Shown piece after piece: positions 18,577 to 27,522 of a stretch of 32,000 nucleotides of DNA. Below the pieces are notes generated by a model. The model was not told the origin of the DNA and searched no databases. It saw nothing but the letters and a program-made list of their open reading frames with translations. Source of the DNA: Coleofasciculaceae cyanobacterium CTOTU46674 (lineage in GTDB: Bacteria; Cyanobacteriota; Cyanobacteriia; Cyanobacteriales; Coleofasciculaceae); assembly GCA_031976315.1 (NCBI GenBank), contig DALYLM010000033.1, forward strand, positions 12,137 through 44,136, read 5' to 3'. Made by a program: the position numbers and the translations under genes. How positions within the stretch are numbered: the first letter of the stretch is position 1; each line of letters starts with the position of its first letter.

Positions 18577-19047
18577 ATGGCACTCTCTACTACTTACAAT
18601 AAACCTGCAATTCCTACAGAGGCAGATGCCAAGCTTTCTCAAGAAAGTAGCCGCATTTTGGCATCACATCTTCGCCTCAAACAGCCGACGAAGCAACTTA
18701 AAGTGGTTGAAGAGGATGGAAGGGAACAGACGGTCGAAATCCCCACAGCCGCATTTAATCTCCTAGTGGATATTCTCTCACTTATGGCTCAGGGGAATAC
18801 GGTTACCCTCATCCCTATCCATGGGGAACTCACGACTCAGGAAGCAGCAGATATCTTGAATGTATCCCGCCCATTCCTTGTCAAGCAGATTGAATCAGGT
18901 TTGCTACCCTGTCGCCGTGTGGGAAGGCATCGCCGCATTCTCTTTGAAGATTTAATGATGTATAAACAAATAGTTGATAGCAAGCGGATGGAAGCCCTGG
19001 ATCAACTTGCGGCTCAAGCGCAAGAGCTGAAGATGGGTTATGACTGA
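18577..19047 (+). CDS. Excisionase-family HTH DNA-binding protein (antitoxin-like)
   Basis: 'LTTQEAADILNVSRPFLVKQIESGLLPCRRVGRHRRILFEDL' is an excisionase/MerR-type HTH. It overlaps the downstream PIN gene by 8 nt. Confidence 0.7.
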   Translation: MALSTTYNKPAIPTEADAKLSQESSRILASHLRLKQPTKQLKVVEEDGREQTVEIPTAAFNLLVDILSLMAQGNTVTLIPIHGELTTQEAADILNVSRPFLVKQIESGLLPCRRVGRHRRILFEDLMMYKQIVDSKRMEALDQLAAQAQELKMGYD

Positions 19048-19624
19048 ATATATGGGATCAAACTTCACAGCCCTGTATGATGCCTGTGTCTTGTATCCAG
19101 CACCTCTACGAGATCTACTTATGCAGTTAGCACTAACTGATTTGTTTAGAGCGCGATGGACAGAGCAAATTCATGATGAGTGGATTCGGAATGTTCTTAA
19201 ACAAAGACCGGATCTGACACTTTTTCAACTTACTCGCACCAAAGAATTGATGAACAGCCATGTGCGGGATTGCCTGGTTACTGGCTATGAGTACCTGATT
19301 CCCTCACTTAAACTACCAGATCCAGACGATCGCCATGTTCTAGCCGCAGCGATTAAAACGGGTGCCGACTTCATTGTCACATTTAACCTTTCAGATTTTC
19401 CCCAAGCCACCCTGGAGATGTATGAGATTGAAGCTCTCCATCCCGATGATTTTATCTCCGATCTAATCGACTTGAAACCCGCCTTGGTAAGAACCGCAGC
19501 AGAGACTTGCCGACTGCGCCTGAGAAATCCGATAACGCCTATTAATGATTACTTTAATACTCTCTTAAAACAAGGACTCAGTGTTTCTGTGTCAATGCTC
19601 CGAGAGCTGTACGATTGGTCTTAG
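19040..19624 (+). CDS. PIN-domain protein (toxin-like partner of the HTH protein)
   Basis: 'ALYDACVLYPAPLRDLLMQLA' and 'DPDDRHVLAAAIKTGADFIVTFNLSDF' fit the PIN-domain family usually paired with excisionase-type HTH proteins. Confidence 0.65.
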   Translation: MTEYMGSNFTALYDACVLYPAPLRDLLMQLALTDLFRARWTEQIHDEWIRNVLKQRPDLTLFQLTRTKELMNSHVRDCLVTGYEYLIPSLKLPDPDDRHVLAAAIKTGADFIVTFNLSDFPQATLEMYEIEALHPDDFISDLIDLKPALVRTAAETCRLRLRNPITPINDYFNTLLKQGLSVSVSMLRELYDWS

Positions 19625-19665
19625 ATACAGTATTTTTCATTTCTATTTTACCCAATTAGCAGGAC

Positions 19666-19698
19666 GTGCTAAGACTCATAATTTATGAGTTTTAGCAC
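19666..19698. terminator. Hairpin between the PIN gene end and the distal end of CRISPR array 2, a candidate bidirectional terminator
   Basis: gtgctaagactcat-aattt-atgagttttagcac forms a 14-bp stem with one mismatch. Confidence 0.4.
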
Positions 19699-19707
19699 AC
19701 AATTACT

Positions 19708-21859
19708 GTTTCCAACTAATCCGATTTAACCCAATCGGTAGGGAAATTAGCACAACTGAATGTAGAAATTGTAATGGTTTCCAACTAATCCGATTTAACC
19801 CAATCGGTAGGGTGCAAAGGGGACCCCAAATTGGCTATGATTCAGCCGTTTCCAACTAATCCGATTTAACCCAATCGGTAGGGGGAGAAAAATGTATTTA
19901 ATACGTTTGGCTATTTGGGTTTCCAACTAATCCGATTTAACCCAATCGGTAGGGTGTTGGCTATTTGTATTTGGGCAATATTCGTCTTAATTGTTTCCAA
20001 CTAATCCGATTTAACCCAATCGGTAGGGTCACACGCAGTTGCCTGTGATGGCGAAGCTGCACAAACGTTTCCAACTAATCCGATTTAACCCAATCGGTAG
20101 GGACGTAAGTGGCGGAAATAAACGCAGGATCGCCTGCGGTTTCCAACTAATCCGATTTAACCCAATCGGTAGGGATTACTAGGTGTGGTTGGGAGACTTC
20201 TATCTTAGACATGTTTCCAACTAATCCGATTTAACCCAATCGGTAGGGGTCAAAATCAACAGCTCAGTTGCTTGCAACAGTTTGAGAATCGTTTCCAACT
20301 AATCCGATTTAACCCAATCGGTAGGGGTTAAAGACCGTTCCACTGGAGCCCAAATCGTCTGTTTCCAACTAATCCGATTTAACCCAATCGGTAGGGATAC
20401 GGCTCGAGGCCGGAGAATGGACCATTAGTTTTAAGTTTCCAACTAATCCGATTTAACCCAATCGGTAGGGAATTCTCCTACGATTATTGGGACGGTTTGG
20501 GTTTAAAAGTTTCCAACTAATCCGATTTAACCCAATCGGTAGGGGGTTAGGAGCTTCAAATAATGAAACGCTGTTTTAGTGTTTCCAACTAATCCGATTT
20601 AACCCAATCGGTAGGGAAATTATTTTTCCGCTTTGAGCGGCATGCATCAAATCCGGTTTCCAACTAATCCGATTTAACCCAATCGGTAGGGTCAGGTTGT
20701 AGTTGCCACGGTCATCATAGATGATAATTTTGGGTTTCCAACTAATCCGATTTAACCCAATCGGTAGGGAAAAGGAGCACAAGATGTTTGACCCCACGAA
20801 AGTAACGTTTCCAACTAATCCGATTTAACCCAATCGGTAGGGAACCTGCAAAGGTTCTGGGGAAGTCAAGAAATAGACTGTTTCCAACTAATCCGATTTA
20901 ACCCAATCGGTAGGGCCTGCCCAGCTGGTGGGAATCACGATACTTTTCCAGTGTTTCCAACTAATCCGATTTAACCCAATCGGTAGGGCTGAAGACCGGT
21001 CCCTGGACAGTGGTTTTCGTACCTGAGTTTCCAACTAATCCGATTTAACCCAATCGGTAGGGCTTGTCCAATTCAGGTGTCGGTGAAACCAAACTTCGTG
21101 TTTCCAACTAATCCGATTTAACCCAATCGGTAGGGACACAAAGATAGTCAGCATGCTAGCCTTGGCTGGATTGTTGTTTCCAACTAATCCGATTTAACCC
21201 AATCGGTAGGGTTAAGTGTTCTGAATGAAGATGCATGTGCCAGTGAGAAAAGTTTCCAACTAATCCGATTTAACCCAATCGGTAGGGAAAATCAGAATTT
21301 AGATGAGTTCAACTCGTTTGTTTCCAACTAATCCGATTTAACCCAATCGGTAGGGGCAGGTACGGCAGCCGGAGAAACAAAGCAAGATTCAATCTCGTTT
21401 CCAACTAATCCGATTTAACCCAATCGGTAGGGGTTCTTTCCTGGAGGAAACATGAAAAAATCTGGTTTCCAACTAATCCGATTTAACCCAATCGGTAGGG
21501 TTTAAAGGTACCCCCAAGGGTATCAAATATCCATCTCCTTGTTTCCAACTAATCCGATTTAACCCAATCGGTAGGGTTTTATTCGGGGTTGCCTCAACCC
21601 CAATTGTATATGTTTCCAACTAATCCGATTTAACCCAATCGGTAGGGGCAGGAAACATGTTGGACTCTGGAAAGGTATTTGTTTCCAACTAATCCGATTT
21701 AACCCAATCGGTAGGGATAATGAGAACAACATATTTCTCGTACGGAGATAAAGTTTCCAACTAATCCGATTTAACCCAATCGGTAGGGACATATTTCCAG
21801 TATGGAAAGGCTTCCTATATGGAGTTTCCAACTAATCCGATTTAACCCAATCGGTAGGG
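19708..21859 (-). CRISPR. CRISPR array 2: 30 repeats of 36 nt and 29 spacers of 32-42 nt, with the same repeat as array 1
   Basis: Repeat starts are 19708, 19777, 19848, 19919, 19993, 20067, 20139, 20213, 20291, 20361, 20435, 20509, 20581, 20656, 20734, 20807, 20880, 20953, 21027, 21100, 21176, 21252, 21320, 21397, 21465, 21541, 21612, 21681, 21753 and 21824. The leader and cas2 are at the high-coordinate end. Confidence 0.98.
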
Positions 21860-22066
21860 AGTTCGTCCAGGAGCCTTTACCCAGTAAGGGTTTCAGCCGC
21901 CAAATCGACACACCTCTCCGAAGTATAGCAGATCTTCCCAAAAATTGTCAAAAACACACCCCTCAAACCCTTACCCTGTAAGCCATCGACACACCTCAAC
22001 GAAAACAATAGGGTTTCGGGGATTTGCCGAGGTGTGTAGATGACGATGTTACAAATTGCCTGAAAC
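21860..22066 (-). promoter_or_regulatory. CRISPR leader 2, homologous to leader 1 and abutting the cas2 stop codon
   Basis: It aligns with 3779-3988. The triple motif here is ATCGACACACCTC: direct at 21904-21916 and 21985-21997, inverted with one mismatch at 22029-22041. Confidence 0.85.
21922..21951 (-). promoter_or_regulatory. Predicted sigma70-type promoter of array 2
   Basis: The minus strand reads TTGACA (21951-21946), 18 nt, TATACT (21927-21922). It is positionally equivalent to the leader 1 promoter. Confidence 0.5.
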
Positions 22067-22342
22067 CTATATAACATAATACTTTGGCGGTGGTTCAGGT
22101 CCAGAGGAACCAATAGTGAGAACCCGCGACACCGCCTCCTCAGATATCCAATAAAACCGCACATTATCCTCATCAGGCTTAACCAACCTCTGTACCTTCT
22201 GATAAAGTTCCCGCATCTCATCCAAACTCAAAAAACACTCAAACACCGAAAACTGTACTCGTCGCCCATACCCCTCCAGGAAGTTTGACAGCTTTGTGCG
22301 CCTTTTATCATCAGGAATATCGTAGACGACAACCACTAACAT
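22067..22342 (-). CDS. cas2: Cas2
   Basis: 'MLVVVVYDIPDDKRRTKLSNFLEGYGRRVQFSVFEC' is the classic Cas2 N-terminus. The protein is 91 aa and sits directly upstream of the leader. Confidence 0.95.
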   Translation of the reverse strand: MLVVVVYDIPDDKRRTKLSNFLEGYGRRVQFSVFECFLSLDEMRELYQKVQRLVKPDEDNVRFYWISEEAVSRVLTIGSSGPEPPPKYYVI

Positions 22343-22449
22343 TTAAGAGTTGAATATCAGCTTTCTGGGCGAATTTTTCAGCATATTGGAGGCTTAAAAA
22401 ACTTATACTGTAAAGCTAAGAGCGATCATTGTCACCCCACCAGAATTTT

Positions 22450-23076
22450 TCAAGAAGATGGCAAGCCTGCCCGAAAAATCCCTTCTACTGTCAAGTTCAA
22501 TTCTGGAAAAGCCAGCGACTTAATCCTCTCACTTTCCCTAAACTGTTTAACCTGATACTCACCATCTACCAGTTGACAAACTGAGAGAGTAGGTTGTTTG
22601 GGATTGCCGATAAACTTTCGACCACCTAAACCAAGATAGTCCAGAATCCAGTATTCGGGAATACCCATTTCCTCATAGTCGGAAGCTTTGAAAAAATAAT
22701 CATCCCGCCAGTTAGTACTGACAACCTCTACAACCAGTCGCACTGAAGATCCCATCGTGATGATTGATTCTTTTTGCCAACGGGGTTCGTTTGGTAGTTG
22801 CACTCTATCTAGGACAATCGCATCTGGCTTGTAACCCAATTCATTACGGGTGGGTTTAAGCAGACAGTCACCTGGAATTGAGTAAGGCAATTTCAGTCGC
22901 TTGATTTCAAAATTGATTTCACTGGAGATGAAACCTGTAACATCTGAATGATCGCCAGTTGCTAAAGGCATTTCCACAATAATTCCGTTGTGTAGTTCAT
23001 AGCTGCGGACAGAATTCTCTGGATACCAGGCAACGAACTCATCAAACGTGACTGGTTTAGGTATGGTTTGGAGCAT
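22450..23076 (-). CDS. Uma2-family (DUF820, PD-(D/E)XK) endonuclease
   Basis: 'VTFDEFVAWYPENSVRSYELHNGIIVEMP', 'KPDAIVLD' and 'RLVVEVVS' are typical Uma2 restriction-endonuclease-like motifs. It lies between RT-cas1 and cas2 on the same strand. Confidence 0.8.
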   Translation of the reverse strand: MLQTIPKPVTFDEFVAWYPENSVRSYELHNGIIVEMPLATGDHSDVTGFISSEINFEIKRLKLPYSIPGDCLLKPTRNELGYKPDAIVLDRVQLPNEPRWQKESIITMGSSVRLVVEVVSTNWRDDYFFKASDYEEMGIPEYWILDYLGLGGRKFIGNPKQPTLSVCQLVDGEYQVKQFRESERIKSLAFPELNLTVEGIFRAGLPSS

Positions 23077-23193
23077 AGTTCTGATTCATGGGCTTATCTC
23101 GCTTTGTTGTTATCGACCTACACCACATTATATCTGATAGACAAACAGTTGGAAAAGACAGGACTTACGCAAAGCATCATACCCACTCCGCAT

Positions 23194-25581
23194 TTACATA
23201 GCCCTCAAAAAGGCTTCATAAGGAACACCAGATAATAAACTTCGTTTATATCGTCTTACCTGTAACTGAATTGCATGACGATAAGTGACTGGAGACTGCA
23301 AATCCGAATGAGAAACTTCTTCATTCATCCTCATTTCAAACTGTTTGAGAAAAACTCGCCTCGCGGATTGATTCAAATAAACTCCCCCGGTACTAGGAAC
23401 TAAGTCAAAATCTTGGGTTTTGAAGATATTATTGTTAACAATTTTCAAAACCAAGCTATCAACCACAGGAGAACGAAACTCCTCCATCAAATCAAAAGCC
23501 AGATAAGGCTTTTGCTTCTCCCCATAGTGAAAATTCCCCAAATAAGGACAAAGCCCCTCAGCAATCAGAAAACTCAACACATTATTAAACAAAAGAGTAT
23601 AACCAAAACTCAACAAAGAATTCACCGGATCAGTTGGAGGTTGCCGATTCCGGAGACAAAACTCAAACTTATTATTAGTAATCAACTTCCCAAAAGCGGG
23701 AAAATACCTCGCCGCCCCAATTCCCTCATAACCCCGTAAAGCATCCAAATTATCCACCATTTCCAACGCCTCAATATCCCGATCAATCCCCACAATCGCC
23801 TTCTCCACTTCACTCAATTTCCGCTTCCGATTAAAACGCAACAAAAGCTGCTTAGAATTAATCAACTTCCCATAAACAATTGCCCTCGACATATTAAACT
23901 GAAAATAAATATCCTTCAGTTTCTCCACCTGTACCAACTCATTCTCCAGATGTCTTGACTCAGCACTCCACAAATGACCGTGATATTGACCGCTTTGACT
24001 CAAAAACAACACAGCAATTTCTGACTCCAAACAAGCTTGAATCACCGGAGTTGACAACTGAATATTACCAAACACCATAATTTGCTGCACTTCCCGAATC
24101 GGGACTTCCAATTTCGGCTTATCCGACACATGAATAATAAACCGCTGGTAATCTTTATAAATACTCGTTCCTTGTTCCACTAGATAGATAGCTGCCATTT
24201 CTTTATGCCAAATATTTCGTTGAAAAACACTATTTTTTTCTTCATTTTGGGGAGGAGATTCTCTTTCTACTTCGGCGAGGAATGGTTGATGTAAAGTTGC
24301 GATATCTCTGGTATCCTGATTTTCACCTGATTCTATAGGATGTGCTTTAAAATCAGGAGATCCCCCCCAACCCCCCTTAAAAAGGGGGGAGAATTGTGTC
24401 AAAGTCCCCCTTAGTAAGGGGGATTTAGGGGGATCTTCCTCCCTCAAAGTCCCCCTTAGTAAGGGGGATTTAGGGGGATCTTCCTCCCTCAAAGTCCCCC
24501 TTGATAAGGGGGATTGAGGGGGATCTAAATCTTTTTTTTTACCCTTCTTCCCCCCTCGTATCAACCCCTCAACCTTATCCAAAGCCGACTTCAAACTCAC
24601 CTCATCAGCATCAACCGGAAAAATTGCATCATCAAAAAAACCATGACCTAAAAACCGAAACCCACAATCAAAACTAGTAATCTTCGTCTTCTCAGGATGA
24701 ATCGCCAATCCCATCGACTCCAACAAATCAATCACTTCTAAATTAGCTTGGTAAATTCGTTCCTCACTCTGAGCTAAAACCAAAAAATCATCAGCATAGC
24801 GCACCAACTTTAAATCAGTAGCAGTTAACCACTCATCAAACTCATGCAAATAAATATTCGCCAACAAAGGAGAAATTACCGCACCTTGAGGAATACCCTT
24901 TTGCGATAATACCAATCCTTCCGGAGTTACCACCCCAGTCGATATCCAAGACTTAATCAAACATAAAATTCTGGGATTATCTATATGTAACCTAAATTCC
25001 TTCAATAACCTGTGATGGTCAATATTATCGAAAAACTTGACAATATCCGCATCCAACACCCAACGATATCCCAAATCCCGCCAATCAGCCACCTTTTCCA
25101 CCGCATTAATATAAGATAAGTTCCGACGATAAGCAAAACTAGCCGCCGAAAACTTCTCCTCCATTAACGGATAAAGTACATTTAATAAAGCTTGCTGTAC
25201 AATCCGATCCCTAACAGTTGGTATTTTTAACTCCCTTTGCTTCCCATCGCGCTTAGGAATAACTACTTGTTGATAAGGAGCAGGTTGATAAGTTGTATTA
25301 GCCACAGCCTCCCGTAATTTATAGATATTCATGGTTTGATTCCGGGCAAACTTATCAATACTTTCCCCATCTACTCCCGCACAACCCTTATTTTCCGCCA
25401 CTTTTGTCCAGGCTTGACAAAAGTTTTCTAAACTAAGGAATCGATCCAGAATAGTTGATAAAGAGACTTCCTTATTGAGGTGAAAATTCTCAGAAATTAT
25501 GCCAGTCATAGCGATCATTTTATATTGAATTAATTCCACCATAGCATATAGCAAGAAAAGGGGCTTTCCAACAAGCCACAA
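23194..25581 (-). CDS. cas1: Reverse transcriptase-Cas1 fusion (group II intron-like RT plus Cas1 integrase)
   Basis: The RT motifs are 'CAGVDGESI', 'IPQGAVISPLLANIYL' and 'YADDFLVL'. The Cas1 part runs from 'AAIYLVEQGTSIYKDYQRFIIH' to 'LMEEFRSPVVDSLV' and the C-terminus. There is no Cas6-like N-terminal domain. The ORF-track start at 25581 is TTG. More plausible ATG starts are at 25542, 25518 or 25509. Confidence 0.9.
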   Translation of the reverse strand: MWLVGKPLFLLYAMVELIQYKMIAMTGIISENFHLNKEVSLSTILDRFLSLENFCQAWTKVAENKGCAGVDGESIDKFARNQTMNIYKLREAVANTTYQPAPYQQVVIPKRDGKQRELKIPTVRDRIVQQALLNVLYPLMEEKFSAASFAYRRNLSYINAVEKVADWRDLGYRWVLDADIVKFFDNIDHHRLLKEFRLHIDNPRILCLIKSWISTGVVTPEGLVLSQKGIPQGAVISPLLANIYLHEFDEWLTATDLKLVRYADDFLVLAQSEERIYQANLEVIDLLESMGLAIHPEKTKITSFDCGFRFLGHGFFDDAIFPVDADEVSLKSALDKVEGLIRGGKKGKKKDLDPPQSPLSRGTLREEDPPKSPLLRGTLREEDPPKSPLLRGTLTQFSPLFKGGWGGSPDFKAHPIESGENQDTRDIATLHQPFLAEVERESPPQNEEKNSVFQRNIWHKEMAAIYLVEQGTSIYKDYQRFIIHVSDKPKLEVPIREVQQIMVFGNIQLSTPVIQACLESEIAVLFLSQSGQYHGHLWSAESRHLENELVQVEKLKDIYFQFNMSRAIVYGKLINSKQLLLRFNRKRKLSEVEKAIVGIDRDIEALEMVDNLDALRGYEGIGAARYFPAFGKLITNNKFEFCLRNRQPPTDPVNSLLSFGYTLLFNNVLSFLIAEGLCPYLGNFHYGEKQKPYLAFDLMEEFRSPVVDSLVLKIVNNNIFKTQDFDLVPSTGGVYLNQSARRVFLKQFEMRMNEEVSHSDLQSPVTYRHAIQLQVRRYKRSLLSGVPYEAFLRAM
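24400..24525. repeat. In-frame 45-bp tandem repeat (about 2.8 copies) inside the RT-Cas1 linker, followed at lower coordinates (24358-24392) by a 'GGWGG' palindromic element
   Basis: The unit is caaagtcccccttagtaagggggatttagggggatcttcctccct, at 24400-24444, 24445-24489 and a partial copy at 24490-24525. It translates as EEDPPKSPLLRGTLR on the minus strand. Each unit contains a CCCCCTTAGTAAGGGGG palindrome. Confidence 0.9.
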
Positions 25582-25717
25582 GGGAGGCTATTTCAGGCGG
25601 TAAATTTGATATATAGCAACCGCCACATCGGGAGCGATATCAATAACGCCATGAAGAGAAGGAAGAAGCCTTCCCGAGCAAAGGATTTGATATCAAGTCT
25701 GGTGATAATCCTTCTTG

Positions 25718-25782
25718 TTTGTAGTAGGCACTTTAGTGCCTCAAAAGCTGATGATTTAAGGCACTAAATTGCTTACTACCAG
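25718..25782. repeat. GTAGTAGGCAC-family structured repeat upstream of RT-cas1
   Basis: tttgtagtaggcactttagtgcc...ggcactaaattgcttactaccag, related to 7721-7783. Confidence 0.7.
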
Positions 25783-25866
25783 CCTGTTTATATATGCTGA
25801 ATTTTAATTTCTGGATATGTTATCAATAAACCTGGTTTCTAGTTTCAATAGCTATACGTCATCCGA

Positions 25867-27342
25867 CTACAAAAAATCTTTGGGATTCCACAAAGATTGG
25901 GAACGATAGCCAATAATAACATTATCTACCAAATCTGAATTTCTCCCAGCTAAACCGTAATTTCTCCCAACTTCAGATACGTGGTAATCAATATAACCTC
26001 GTTGATACCATTTTGATGAAATAGGTGGTAAGTCTGTCCGAGGATTACCTCGTACTGATTTGGGAAAAATCCGATCCACCCATTTTTTGGCAATATTGCG
26101 ATAAATTTTACTATCTCTTTTTTTGGGATAAATGATAGCAGCATAAGGTGATTCAGGCTCTTTTTCTCGCGTGAATAAAAGAAATACATCAATTTCTGAT
26201 AAGTGGGAGATTAATTCAACATATCCCAATTCTGCTCCCCGTGGATGGAGATAGTGATAGAAGTATGCTAAATGCCAGGATGCTAACCGAATGATTTCAG
26301 AATCTTCATGGTTACCCATTTCAATTAATAAGGGTTCAAGAGCTGGAATTTTCCGGGATTCATCGGTAGCAGCGGCAATGGCAATATATACTCTTCCCAT
26401 GTCGATTAAGCGACGAATTGCATCAGGATCGTGACTAAAACGTTCATGAGCATCAAATGCTAAATTGCAAGGAAAATAAGGGATGTATGGCTCTGGATTG
26501 GCTGAATTTGCTAAAATATCGAGCAGCCATTCTTTGGCATCTAAGCTTTTCTTTGGGGTACTATTCCAGAATGCACCTGCTACTCCTGGACGTTCGATTT
26601 CTTTACTGCGGATTAGCTGAATTATCTCATCAATTGGTGGCATTCCCATCACTGATTCCTTGTCACGTTGGTATTTTTTCTCGTCATCCCATTCTTCAAG
26701 TTTATCCTTTTCGTAGAACTTTTTACTGCAAAATTGACCGATTTGATAGGCAGCACAAGCTCGAATATTGAGATCTAAACTATCCAGCATTTCTAGCAGA
26801 AAATTGCCAAATTTTTCCCAACTATCATTATAAACACCAAAGAATATTTGGGCAGCTAAGATTGCCTCTTGAGTGGGATATTGAAGATCTTCGATTTCAG
26901 CTAATTGGTTTAACCATGCCAAAACTAAATGACTGTATGGAGATTCTTTGGCTAGAAATTGAAATCGAGAACAGAAATTCTCAAAAATGTCTGGTTTCCT
27001 TAGAGTTTGGGCGGCAATCCCTTCAAAGATACTCCTCACTCTTTCATCAGTGGGTTTTGGCTGGTAATCTTCAGAATTAGATACTTGCGACTCCTCCATT
27101 TCTAGTGCCTGAATCAGTTTTGCGATCGCACAATGATTAATCCAGGGATCTTTATGCTCTAGTAAACTGATGAATGTCTGAAAGATCCTATCCCATTCTT
27201 CTGCGCTATAGGGAAAATTTAGGGGTATATCCAGAAGCTTGTCAGGACTATTTTCCCACTGAATGGAAAATGTTTCTGGTGTGGATATTTTTTGGGTAAC
27301 TGTTTCTTGTTTTTCGTGAGATTCAGCTTCTTCAATCATCAC
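25867..27342 (-). CDS. Hypothetical protein with HEAT/ARM-like repeats
   Basis: A 491-aa ORF with good coding appearance. Segments such as 'LDLNIRACAAYQIGQF' and 'HEDSEIIRLASWHLAYF' look HEAT-like. I recognised no catalytic motifs. Confidence 0.4.
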   Translation of the reverse strand: MMIEEAESHEKQETVTQKISTPETFSIQWENSPDKLLDIPLNFPYSAEEWDRIFQTFISLLEHKDPWINHCAIAKLIQALEMEESQVSNSEDYQPKPTDERVRSIFEGIAAQTLRKPDIFENFCSRFQFLAKESPYSHLVLAWLNQLAEIEDLQYPTQEAILAAQIFFGVYNDSWEKFGNFLLEMLDSLDLNIRACAAYQIGQFCSKKFYEKDKLEEWDDEKKYQRDKESVMGMPPIDEIIQLIRSKEIERPGVAGAFWNSTPKKSLDAKEWLLDILANSANPEPYIPYFPCNLAFDAHERFSHDPDAIRRLIDMGRVYIAIAAATDESRKIPALEPLLIEMGNHEDSEIIRLASWHLAYFYHYLHPRGAELGYVELISHLSEIDVFLLFTREKEPESPYAAIIYPKKRDSKIYRNIAKKWVDRIFPKSVRGNPRTDLPPISSKWYQRGYIDYHVSEVGRNYGLAGRNSDLVDNVIIGYRSQSLWNPKDFL

Positions 27343-27522
27343 AACTCCTAAAATAATTGATCGTGGCTAATTTAATAATTGTTACTACCCATATTCTTTT
27401 ATATCCTAGTTTCCTGTATTCTCTTAGAGATTAGTCTTGATAATTTCCATATATCAAGATTTATTGGCAAGCCGAAAATCTTACGATCGCAGATTTTCGG
27501 CTGCCTTGTTACACCATCAGAT

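Noticed and set aside
19884-19992. Adjacent array 2 spacers sharing TTGGCTATTTG (19884-19918 and 19955-19992), and the spacers at 20327-20360 and 20989-21026 sharing AAGACCG.TCC..CTGGA
   Set aside because: The matches are short (about 11-17 nt) and interrupted by mismatches or indels. They could reflect related targets but could also be chance, unlike the clean 24-nt overlap in array 1.
25543-25581. TTG start at 25581 for RT-Cas1, which would give an N-terminal 'MWLVGKPLFLLYA' extension
   Set aside because: It is a non-ATG start with a hydrophobic, non-conserved-looking extension. The ATG codons at 25542, 25518 and 25509 are more plausible, though the exact start is unresolved.
25867-27342. 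The 491-aa ORF considered as the missing Cas6 or another RAMP
   Set aside because: It has no glycine-rich loop and no RAMP-like beta-alpha-beta pattern. It looks all-helical and HEAT-like.
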